From: a virus
Lineage: Duplodnaviria; Caudoviricetes
Direction: 5' to 3' (one strand)
Length of the DNA: 33,901 nt
Virus record (IMG/VR): IMGVR_UViG_3300030376_006603
Span: 1 to 33,901 of that record
Part shown: positions 25,475 through 33,901 of the stretch, piece after piece
How positions within the stretch are numbered: the stretch's first letter is position 1
Layout of the letters: the number at the start of each line of letters is the position of its first letter
Position numbers and translations under genes: made by a program
The notes under the pieces: model-generated
What the model saw: only the letters and a program-made list of their open reading frames with translations
Told to the model about the DNA's origin: nothing
Database searches by the model: none

Positions 25475-28400
25475 TGAACCAAACAGGCTATACAGTATTA
25501 AAAATACCCAAGACTGGGGCAGCTTTTGCATACGCAAAAGAAGCTAGAGATTTTGCCACTGGAGCCACAGGAGCAGGAGGATATTTGAACGCTTCTGCAA
25601 CAGCTAAAACATGGACAGATGTTGAGTTCGTAAGCGCGATTGGAACTGGCTATGCTGTTTTACCTATATCTATAGGAGGAACTGAAACTAATATTTACAC
25701 TGGATCAGCCACAGTTATCGGTGGGGCCACTCCTATTGGAGATTTAAGGTCAGAAAATGGACCTTACGTTAATGTAGGAGGCTCCACTTTATACAATACA
25801 GAAAAAGATCAAGAATATAAAGCAGCTTTTTATGCTACATATATCGGAGGAACTAATTCATCACCAACAAAAATAGGCATTGGAACAACCGCTGGTGATA
25901 TCTCTACATCTGGGTATTATGAAGGATCTTTTACAACCAACAATATCCATGAGTTCCAAACATCTTTTGATGCCGATTCTACAGATTTATCTAAAATTAC
26001 AACTGGAAGCGGAGTTTACACCGAAGGATCTGATGTAACTTTACAGTTTAATATTTTAAACAGAAATGGAGAGCAATTATCTTCAGCGGCACAAATAGCT
26101 GCTGACCCATTTGTAAGTGGGCAGAAAATAAGTATTTTAAATACAGACGGGACTGTAGCTTTCGCAGATTATAGAATTGGTGGAGACTCAACTTTTACTT
26201 TTTCTAGTTCGCAAAACATAGATGTCTTCGGATCTTTCACTAGAAATTTCGGAATTAGAAATCAGGTGGTAAACCAAGACGGGGGTGTCCATACCAGTGA
26301 GTTTTACTTATATGCTAATACGGCTACTTTCGATAAAGTATTTGTTAGGTCTTCGGGACAAACAGTTTTAAATGAAAGTTATACAAATAATAGCCCACCA
26401 GACACTGGTAGTATATCCTCCGCTGCTGATAGAGCTGATGCTATCAAATATTTTAACAATCAACCTATAAATGATTCAGGTGTCACTGGGTTTATCGAAT
26501 TTGATTTGGGGTTTAATGAATCACCAAACTTCACAAGTTTAGGAGATGTTGTTTTATTTCATGGAACTGGTGAAGACTTCACGACAAATAGAGGATCTCT
26601 AGTAGGAAACTTCCCCCTTAATTCTGTGCAAGAAGGGCAAAGAATTAGACTAACAGCCAATGATGGAATTCCAGAGGGAACAGGTCTATTTTTTAAATTA
26701 GCTGCCGATACTGAAGTAGGATTTAATGAGGAATTATTTACTGTAGGGCCATTTACTCTTGAACCGACAGTAGAAGGACCAGATTTAAATCTTTATAACC
26801 AAGGAGATCAAACTCTTGTAGGAGATTTTACAATCGAAGGAGGATTAGAAGGAGATGACGCAGACGGGGGTAATCTCAATGTTAGTGGTAATGCGTTAGG
26901 AACAGGAGATGCAGGAAGATTAACTGGTCCGACAGGTATACCTTATTTACTTTCTGGAGATGCCGCAGGAACGGAATCAGATACTTTACAAACTGTCACT
27001 GACAGAGGTAATACTACAACCCAGAGCGTAGGAATAGGGACAACAAGCATTTCAACTAGTAAATTAGAAGTAGTAGGAAATAGTGTCGAAGTAAAAATAG
27101 CTACAAGCGATGGCTATTCAATTCAATCTGAACAAAAAGCTGTAATAGCGGGAATAGGAGCCTCGATTTTTTCCACAGGATCAGCGATTTTAGGTGGATC
27201 AGGTCATCACATCAGTGGAGATTATGATACTATTGCTGGAGGAACACTTAATAACATATCAGGAGGTGACTTTAACTTTATTGGAGGTGGTTCGCAAATT
27301 GACATCACAGGTAGCCAATATTCTTCAAGTGTCGGAGGAAGAAACAATGATATTTTAAATTCTAATCATTCCACAATTGGGGGTGGTGTAAACAATAAAA
27401 TAGAAAATGCGTCTAGTAGTGTTATCGCTGGAGGAGAAACAAATGAAGTCCATGATCCTGTATCCGCTATAGTTGGAGGTAACTCGCACATAATTTCAGG
27501 AGGAAATGGTTACTCTTTTATTGGAGGTGGAGAAGAAAACGAGGTTCATGGAACGTTCAGCTCTGTATTAGGGGGAGAGGGAAATAAAGTTTACGGCAGT
27601 GATTCGGTTACTTTAGGTGGTTGGTTTACCGAATCATCAGGTCGGTTCGCCCTTGTAGGTCCAGGAGAAGCCTCCAAAGTTAGTGGAGACTATGCTGTTG
27701 CTTTAGGAAACAAAGTAGAGATACCAGTAGCTCACACTGGAGCGACAGTTTTAGCAGACGGTCAAGATAGAGTCCATGCTTCTAGCGGGATGCATACAGC
27801 TACTTTAGATTTTGCTAGTGGCGTTTATGTTCCTACGATTGGATATTTTGGAGAAGGACTGCATGTCAGTGGTGTTCCTGTCCTTACTGGTGAGAATAAT
27901 CCAGCGGAAGCTGATACGTTACAAACTGTTACTACTCGCGGTAATACAACAACAACCTCTATTGGTATAGGGATAGCCAGTCCATCTGAAAAACTTGACG
28001 TTTCAGGAAATATTCTCGTAACTGGGGCTGGGAGTGCTGGCCCACACCTTAAATTAGCGGGGACATACACTACTTGGGAGATCGAAAACCAATATGCTGG
28101 TGGAGCTAATAATGACATGTTCCGCATTAGGAACACAGCGTTAGCCGACGATGCTCTTGTTATAAATAGAGGTAATAATAAGGTCGGAATAGGAACAACT
28201 AATCCGACGAATGATTTGCACGTTGTTGGAACGATGCAGCTAGATAATAGTGTTAGTGATGCCTTTAAAATTAGACTAAATGGAGGGGTAGGGTTAGCGT
28301 TAGATCACAATAGTATAAAAAGCACTAACGCTGGCACTGACATAGAGATCGCCGCTGGTAGGGAGTTGATATTCAAGACATACGATGGAGGCTTCCAAGA

Positions 28401-31400
28401 AGCAATGCGTATCGACACCTCTGGTAGAGTTGGAATAGGAACAGATGATCCAGCTTCAGCATTAGAGGTAGTAGGAAATATTGAACTATTAAATAGCACA
28501 ACGGGTGTTGAACTTGGAACTCTTAACAACGCTGATGGAAAGCAATCGGTAGCTCTTGGTTATGACAATGATGCTTTAGCAATTCAGTCAAGTGCAGTTG
28601 GTTATCTTAATAATGCCACTGGCAATCAAGCCACAGCATATGGAAATTCCAATTCAGCAGCCGTTGAAGGAACAGCAATTGGATGTGGTAATAGTGTTAC
28701 AGCGTCTAGAGGAACAGCAGTAGGAAGAGCTAATAGTGCTGCTCAAGAATCTACAGCGATAGGATATAATGCACAAGTAGCAGGAATTAGATCTATCGGT
28801 ATAGGTAGGAATATTACAGCTAGCGCCCAATCTAGTATAGCTATAGGTGATACTGCTAAAGCTACAGGAAGCAACGCTCTAGCTCTTGGACTCTCTGCTG
28901 AAGCTGGGGCGTATAGATCAACAGCAGTTGGTTATGATACTACTACTGATGCTGTAGCTTCAAATTCTATGGCGTTTGGTTATACTAGCCGAGCAGCCAA
29001 AAGCAGTGCTGGAGCCTTTGGTTATGAGGTTTTAGCTAGCGGAGAGAAATCATTTGGTTTCGGTTATTACACTACAATTGGAGTAGGTAATATTACAGAG
29101 CTAGGTCAGTATACAAGCAGTAGGGAGAGAAGTGCCGCAGTCCGTATCAATGGAGGCACTAGCACCCGTGTCCCTGTTGCTATAACCATACACTCTGGCA
29201 CAAACGCGCCGTTAGCAAGTTCAGCAGCCGATGGATATGAAGATGGCTTTAGTTTGGCATCTGACATGTATTCCATTCAAAGGAATGGTTCTGATTATAT
29301 ATTGTATCATAACCTTGGAGGCTCCATAGAAACCACTACCTTGGGCGCTGCTGAAGCAGATACTCTACAGAGTGTTACGACTCGCGGGAATGAAACAACC
29401 ACATCGATCATCTCTACAGGACCATACATTTCTGGCGTTACAGGATTGTTTTCAAACAAAGTTGGGATAGGAACAAATAGTCCAAGCGACCTGCTTACCC
29501 TTAAGTCCTCTGTTGCTGGGGCTGATGATATCTTTGTCGTAAAAGCAGATGATGATGGAAACGTATTCAGAGTCGGTAAGGACAATAGCGACAATGGATA
29601 TGTCGAAATGTTTGACGGTGCAGCCAACAAGGATATAGTGCTTAATACAGCAGGGAATAGTTATTTCAATGGCGGTCAAGTCGCGATAGGAACATTATCC
29701 CCTCGCGCTGCACTTCATGTCGATAATGGTGCTGGAGCGACTACGGGATTCTTAGTAGAGAATAGCTCAAACAAAAATATCTTATGGGCCGAAGATAATG
29801 AATCAATTAATGCAAGATCCACATTCAACGTATATCATACCACTGTAGCATCACGCTACTTACAATTAGGTTGGGGTTCTATCTTTGCTAATGATAACGG
29901 TAATGAACTAACATTAGGTTCTAACTATTCTAGTAATAGTGCCACACGAATTTTTGTAGGAGCAGAAGGAGCTACTAATGTTCCCGCGAATACCATCCAA
30001 ATGCAAGCCAATCATGGCTTGGCTGTATTTTCGGGTGTCTCTACAGATACCTTCGACCCGACAGCATTGCTTGATGTAAGAGGAGACGCTTATATCTCTG
30101 GTGATGTAGAAGGCACGGGGGCAGGGAACCGTATAACAAATAACGGTGTTCCTTATCTTCTCTCTGGTGACTCTCCTGCGGAGAATGACACTTTGCAAGA
30201 TGTCACGACTCGCGGTAATACCACAAACACTTCAATCATCTCTACAGGACCACATATTTCTGGTGTTACAGGATTGTTTGAAGATGTATTAGCTAAAGGA
30301 GCTTTCGGTATACACGGATGGCAAGGAGATCCTGATACCCACATGAAGGGTTTTGGTGATCGTATTGTGTTTACTGCTGGAGGACTTACCTTCGCAGATT
30401 TCTCTGAAGGAACTCAAGATTTAATTCATTTTAATGGCAACGAAAACCAAGACATAGATTTCCGTGTTGGATATAATGGTGGCGCTTCAATTTTCTCAAG
30501 AGGGTCTGACGGTAATGTAGGCATAGGGACAACGAGTCCGTCTGATAAACTTCATATCGAACAAGATGGTGGCACAGTAGCAATAGGATCTCCGACTACG
30601 AGTTATGGTGGTATTGGATTTGAAGATACAGCATTAACCGCTGCAAATTCTGCTCTTTACGGCGTAGCATCACAAACTGTTATCGGTGTTAAGGCAGGAG
30701 GTGCGATTGAGATGAAGATCGCCAATAATTCAAGTCTCGGATTATTGAAAATGGAGCAAGATAAGCTTCACTATACTGATGGAGATGTTGGTATAGGAAC
30801 AACCGCTCCCGCTGCTAAATTAGAGCTTTTAGGGAAACAAATGATTACAACGGGGGCCAATGCGAGTCCTCAAACAGAAGACTATTTATACATTGGCGGT
30901 GATGGTTTGGCAGGTGCAGACGCTGCAATATACATAGGTAATAGAGGTAATGGTTCTGGTTATGGTTGGAGAATGTTCTATGAGGGAACAGGAAGTGGTA
31001 ATAACAATAAATTAAAATTCAAATCTGAAAATCTTGGAAGTCCTGTCGATGTAATAACAATGCTCCAAGATGGTAAGGTCGGCATAGGAGCAACCGAGCC
31101 ATCAGTAGGGTTACAGCTTGGAAATAGCACATCAGGACAAACAAAAACTGCCATATTTAATTCAGAGGGCGGCGCAGAAGTTGGTCTCACAATAAAATCT
31201 AGAACCAATAGAGCCAAACTAGCTGTATCTGATAATGATACTACTGCTTATGTGGTAGCAGAAGGAACTATAGCCTCGTTTGGAAGAGCGGATACAGCAG
31301 CGACCACTAACATATCTGTATTAGCTAACGGTGACGTTGGTATAGGAACGACTGGTCCGTCTAACAATCTGGAGATCAAGGGATCAGGTGGAGGCACTGA

Positions 31401-31974
31401 TGTGCTAAATCTAAATAAAGGGACTGGACAAGGTGGTATCAAATTTACATTTAATGGAACCAATTTTGTCTCTTACATAAGGACTCATGAAGCTGCTGCT
31501 GTAGCAGACAACTTCATGGCTCTGGGTGTTTCTAATGGAAATAATACCACTGGCGCTGAAGTCATGCGACTCAAGGGTGACGGTAAAGTTGGTATAGGAA
31601 CAACAAATCCAAGTAACGCTTTAGATGTTGTAGGTCACTTCTCCGCTACCAGTAAGTCCTTCCTTATTGATCACCCAACCAAAGAAAACAAAAAGCTTCA
31701 ATACGCATCTTTGGAGGGTCCAGAAAACGGAGTCTATGTCAGAGGAACAACGGACAAAGAAACAATAGAGCTTCCAGAATACTGGTCAGAACTTGTGCAT
31801 GAGAACTCTATAACTGTCGTTCTTACCCCAATCGGTAAAAAACAAGATTTATTTATTAAAGAAAAATCAAATAAATTAATAAAAATTGGAGGATCGGAAG
31901 GATCTTTTGATTATGTAGTCTATGGAGAGCGTAAAGACATAGACAAACTAGAAATAGAACCATTAAAAGTGTAA
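25474..31974 (+). CDS. long modular tail fibre / adhesin-like virion protein
   Basis: 2166 aa; repeated VGIGT..P and DTLQ.VT.RG motifs, GGxxN repeats (~27130-27810), YadA-head-like AVG/AIG repeats (~28500-29100), C-terminal KSFLIDHP...LEGPENGVYVRG domain. Confidence 0.88.
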   Translation: MNQTGYTVLKIPKTGAAFAYAKEARDFATGATGAGGYLNASATAKTWTDVEFVSAIGTGYAVLPISIGGTETNIYTGSATVIGGATPIGDLRSENGPYVNVGGSTLYNTEKDQEYKAAFYATYIGGTNSSPTKIGIGTTAGDISTSGYYEGSFTTNNIHEFQTSFDADSTDLSKITTGSGVYTEGSDVTLQFNILNRNGEQLSSAAQIAADPFVSGQKISILNTDGTVAFADYRIGGDSTFTFSSSQNIDVFGSFTRNFGIRNQVVNQDGGVHTSEFYLYANTATFDKVFVRSSGQTVLNESYTNNSPPDTGSISSAADRADAIKYFNNQPINDSGVTGFIEFDLGFNESPNFTSLGDVVLFHGTGEDFTTNRGSLVGNFPLNSVQEGQRIRLTANDGIPEGTGLFFKLAADTEVGFNEELFTVGPFTLEPTVEGPDLNLYNQGDQTLVGDFTIEGGLEGDDADGGNLNVSGNALGTGDAGRLTGPTGIPYLLSGDAAGTESDTLQTVTDRGNTTTQSVGIGTTSISTSKLEVVGNSVEVKIATSDGYSIQSEQKAVIAGIGASIFSTGSAILGGSGHHISGDYDTIAGGTLNNISGGDFNFIGGGSQIDITGSQYSSSVGGRNNDILNSNHSTIGGGVNNKIENASSSVIAGGETNEVHDPVSAIVGGNSHIISGGNGYSFIGGGEENEVHGTFSSVLGGEGNKVYGSDSVTLGGWFTESSGRFALVGPGEASKVSGDYAVALGNKVEIPVAHTGATVLADGQDRVHASSGMHTATLDFASGVYVPTIGYFGEGLHVSGVPVLTGENNPAEADTLQTVTTRGNTTTTSIGIGIASPSEKLDVSGNILVTGAGSAGPHLKLAGTYTTWEIENQYAGGANNDMFRIRNTALADDALVINRGNNKVGIGTTNPTNDLHVVGTMQLDNSVSDAFKIRLNGGVGLALDHNSIKSTNAGTDIEIAAGRELIFKTYDGGFQEAMRIDTSGRVGIGTDDPASALEVVGNIELLNSTTGVELGTLNNADGKQSVALGYDNDALAIQSSAVGYLNNATGNQATAYGNSNSAAVEGTAIGCGNSVTASRGTAVGRANSAAQESTAIGYNAQVAGIRSIGIGRNITASAQSSIAIGDTAKATGSNALALGLSAEAGAYRSTAVGYDTTTDAVASNSMAFGYTSRAAKSSAGAFGYEVLASGEKSFGFGYYTTIGVGNITELGQYTSSRERSAAVRINGGTSTRVPVAITIHSGTNAPLASSAADGYEDGFSLASDMYSIQRNGSDYILYHNLGGSIETTTLGAAEADTLQSVTTRGNETTTSIISTGPYISGVTGLFSNKVGIGTNSPSDLLTLKSSVAGADDIFVVKADDDGNVFRVGKDNSDNGYVEMFDGAANKDIVLNTAGNSYFNGGQVAIGTLSPRAALHVDNGAGATTGFLVENSSNKNILWAEDNESINARSTFNVYHTTVASRYLQLGWGSIFANDNGNELTLGSNYSSNSATRIFVGAEGATNVPANTIQMQANHGLAVFSGVSTDTFDPTALLDVRGDAYISGDVEGTGAGNRITNNGVPYLLSGDSPAENDTLQDVTTRGNTTNTSIISTGPHISGVTGLFEDVLAKGAFGIHGWQGDPDTHMKGFGDRIVFTAGGLTFADFSEGTQDLIHFNGNENQDIDFRVGYNGGASIFSRGSDGNVGIGTTSPSDKLHIEQDGGTVAIGSPTTSYGGIGFEDTALTAANSALYGVASQTVIGVKAGGAIEMKIANNSSLGLLKMEQDKLHYTDGDVGIGTTAPAAKLELLGKQMITTGANASPQTEDYLYIGGDGLAGADAAIYIGNRGNGSGYGWRMFYEGTGSGNNNKLKFKSENLGSPVDVITMLQDGKVGIGATEPSVGLQLGNSTSGQTKTAIFNSEGGAEVGLTIKSRTNRAKLAVSDNDTTAYVVAEGTIASFGRADTAATTNISVLANGDVGIGTTGPSNNLEIKGSGGGTDVLNLNKGTGQGGIKFTFNGTNFVSYIRTHEAAAVADNFMALGVSNGNNTTGAEVMRLKGDGKVGIGTTNPSNALDVVGHFSATSKSFLIDHPTKENKKLQYASLEGPENGVYVRGTTDKETIELPEYWSELVHENSITVVLTPIGKKQDLFIKEKSNKLIKIGGSEGSFDYVVYGERKDIDKLEIEPLKV
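31969..31974 (+). promoter_or_regulatory. GTGTAA putative late-promoter motif
   Basis: Overlaps the fibre stop codon; 9 nt upstream of ATG 31984. Confidence 0.4.
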
Positions 31975-31983
31975 TAAAATACG

Positions 31984-33901
31984 ATGTCCAATATTATTAT
32001 CAGCCCAGAGTCAGGCATTTTAGAATTTAATAATAATTCTCCAAGTGGAGCCGCGATTGGATCTGCTACAGCTCCCATAAGGCTAGATGCTACGGGTGGT
32101 AATAGTTTTATTACTGGTAGTAATTTTGGTATAGGGACAAACAATCCTCAATTTACACTAGATGTAGATGGCGCTATTCATGGCACAAGTGGAAATTTCC
32201 AAACAGCAATAACTGTTGGTGGTAATCCTGTAATGACAGGGGCATCACCAGAAGCAGATACTTTACAAACTGTTACAGATAGGGGAGCGACTACTACTAA
32301 GGCTATCACTATTAATAATACATTAGATGTCAGCGGTATAGCAACAGCAGATGCTCTACGAGCAAGAGCAGGTAATATTAATTATAATTTAATTACCAGA
32401 AATGATGCTGCTTATTCACTATATGTTCAAGCTTCACAATCTGCTACCCAGCAGCAAATTGCATCATTTAGATATGGAGACGGTGCAGCGGGACAAGGCA
32501 CAGAAGTATTAAGTGTGAAGAGAGGGGTAAGCTACTTCAATAATTCATTTTTAGGTATAGGAAAAGCTGGTGCGGATACAGAGTTAGACGTTGCAGGAGT
32601 TACAACTAGTCTTGGGTTTAAAACAAGCACAGCAAATACTACTTTTAATCTACTTAGCAGAGACAGCGCAGGTAGTTCACCGCTTTATGTTCAGTCTGCT
32701 AATAGCAACACGGATCAGCCAATAGCCTTCTTTAGTTATGGTAGTGCTTCAGCAAATGCTGGGCAGAAAGTATTAAAAGTAGGAAAAGATACAAGTTACT
32801 TTGACAATACTAATGTTGGTATTGGGACAGTTAGTCCAGATTCAAAACTCCATGTCGCGAGTGGTAACGTTTTAATAAGTAATAATCAATTCTATACAGC
32901 GGAGAATACTGGAGGGACTAATTATAAGTTAGCTGGGTTAACTAGTGGTAATGTAATTCAAATAGGTGCTATAGATTATACATCAGCATCTACAGTATTT
33001 GCTGGTGGCGATAATTTAAGGCTTACTACAGGTGGAGCTTCTGGCACAACCCGCTTGTATATTAATTCTTCTGGCAACGTTGGTATAGGAACAAACGCAC
33101 CATCTTCATTATTACATTTAGAGGCTGCTGCAAGTCCAGCTTTACAAATAAAAGATACAACAAACAACGTAACCTTTAAAGCTTACGCTCAAGATAGTAA
33201 TTCACACTTAGCTAACACTAGCAATCATGATTTATTCATAGATACTAATAATACATCACGCATTACAGTAAAAGCCGCTGGCAATGTTGGTATAGGAATA
33301 ACTAATCCTACCAGAAAGTTAATTGTAGCAGGAACTGCTGCTACTGATGGAATAGGCGTAGGGACACCTACTTCTCCGAATGGTTTAGAACTAACCTCAA
33401 ATGGAGCGAACTATGAAGCTTATGTGCTTGGGCATAGCTTTTTAGCTTTTGGAACCAACCATTTGAACGTAGGAACAACTGCCTCCGAAAGAATGCGTAT
33501 TGATTCTGCTGGTAACGTTGGTATAGGAATAACCAATCCAACTGTAAAACTCCATGTAGATGGTGGCATAAATGTAGCAGGTCATATAATACCAACCACG
33601 GATAATTCTTTTGATTTAGGGTCTACAAATTCTTTAGATTTTAGAACTTTATACATTAGAGAAATTGATGTATTCAACCAAAGGTTAAGGATAGACTACA
33701 CTGGCACTACAGCAAGGTTTCAAGATCACGGCTCGGTAGGAGATGGTTTTCAGTTTTTACATTTAGGAACAGAAATATTACGACTTGGTAATGATACTAG
33801 CACAACAGCAACTTTTGCAGGTGATGTAACAATTTCTAACGCAAGCCCGTCTCTCACTTTAACAGACACAGACAACTCAAGTAATATTGCATTTTCATCT
33901 G
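31984..33901 (+). CDS. second tail fibre protein, truncated by window end (not in ORF track)
   Basis: Open frame from MSNIIISPESGILEF to the window end, with the same EADTLQTVTDRG and GNVGIGT motifs. Confidence 0.88.
   Translation, partial: MSNIIISPESGILEFNNNSPSGAAIGSATAPIRLDATGGNSFITGSNFGIGTNNPQFTLDVDGAIHGTSGNFQTAITVGGNPVMTGASPEADTLQTVTDRGATTTKAITINNTLDVSGIATADALRARAGNINYNLITRNDAAYSLYVQASQSATQQQIASFRYGDGAAGQGTEVLSVKRGVSYFNNSFLGIGKAGADTELDVAGVTTSLGFKTSTANTTFNLLSRDSAGSSPLYVQSANSNTDQPIAFFSYGSASANAGQKVLKVGKDTSYFDNTNVGIGTVSPDSKLHVASGNVLISNNQFYTAENTGGTNYKLAGLTSGNVIQIGAIDYTSASTVFAGGDNLRLTTGGASGTTRLYINSSGNVGIGTNAPSSLLHLEAAASPALQIKDTTNNVTFKAYAQDSNSHLANTSNHDLFIDTNNTSRITVKAAGNVGIGITNPTRKLIVAGTAATDGIGVGTPTSPNGLELTSNGANYEAYVLGHSFLAFGTNHLNVGTTASERMRIDSAGNVGIGITNPTVKLHVDGGINVAGHIIPTTDNSFDLGSTNSLDFRTLYIREIDVFNQRLRIDYTGTTARFQDHGSVGDGFQFLHLGTEILRLGNDTSTTATFAGDVTISNASPSLTLTDTDNSSNIAFSS

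Noticed and set aside
17934-33595. Short minus-strand and alternate-frame ORFs within the tail genes
   Set aside because: Shadows of long Gly/Thr/Ser-rich plus-strand frames.
25474-33901. Diversity-generating retroelement or invertible fibre cassette
   Set aside because: No reverse transcriptase, invertase or adenine-specific TR/VR pair is seen; the repeats differ at all base types and lie within coding sequence.

Overview
A 33.9 kb segment of an AT-rich tailed dsDNA bacteriophage, probably a large siphovirus-like genome infecting a diderm (Gram-negative) host. Bases 1-17605 are almost all on the minus strand. They hold small early-type genes, three tRNAs (Arg-TCT, Ile2/Met-CAT, and a short-arm Leu-TAA), a RuvB-like AAA+ helicase, sugar- and nucleotide-handling enzymes (formyltransferase, SGNH hydrolase, GT2, UDP-sugar dehydrogenase, MazG-like, DUF1599-like), two PD-(D/E)XK-like nucleases, and a trypsin-like protease with a 6x21-bp repeat. 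They end in an envelope/lysis block: spanin-like overlapping pair, outer-membrane beta-barrel, holin-like gene, chemoreceptor-type 4-helix-bundle sensor, and CHAP endolysin. From 17647 on, the plus strand carries a lambda-like tail tip module (L-K-I-J), a 2166-aa modular tail fibre, and a second fibre cut off by the window end. The most notable observation is a signalling-less chemoreceptor sensor domain translationally coupled between holin and endolysin. Others are RuvB without RuvA, a stand-alone restriction-enzyme-like DNA-binding domain, strong [S/T]-G enrichment in virion proteins alongside glycosylation enzymes, a GTGTAA late-promoter-like motif, and near-leaderless sigma70-type promoters. 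All family assignments come from motif recognition by eye, not database searches.
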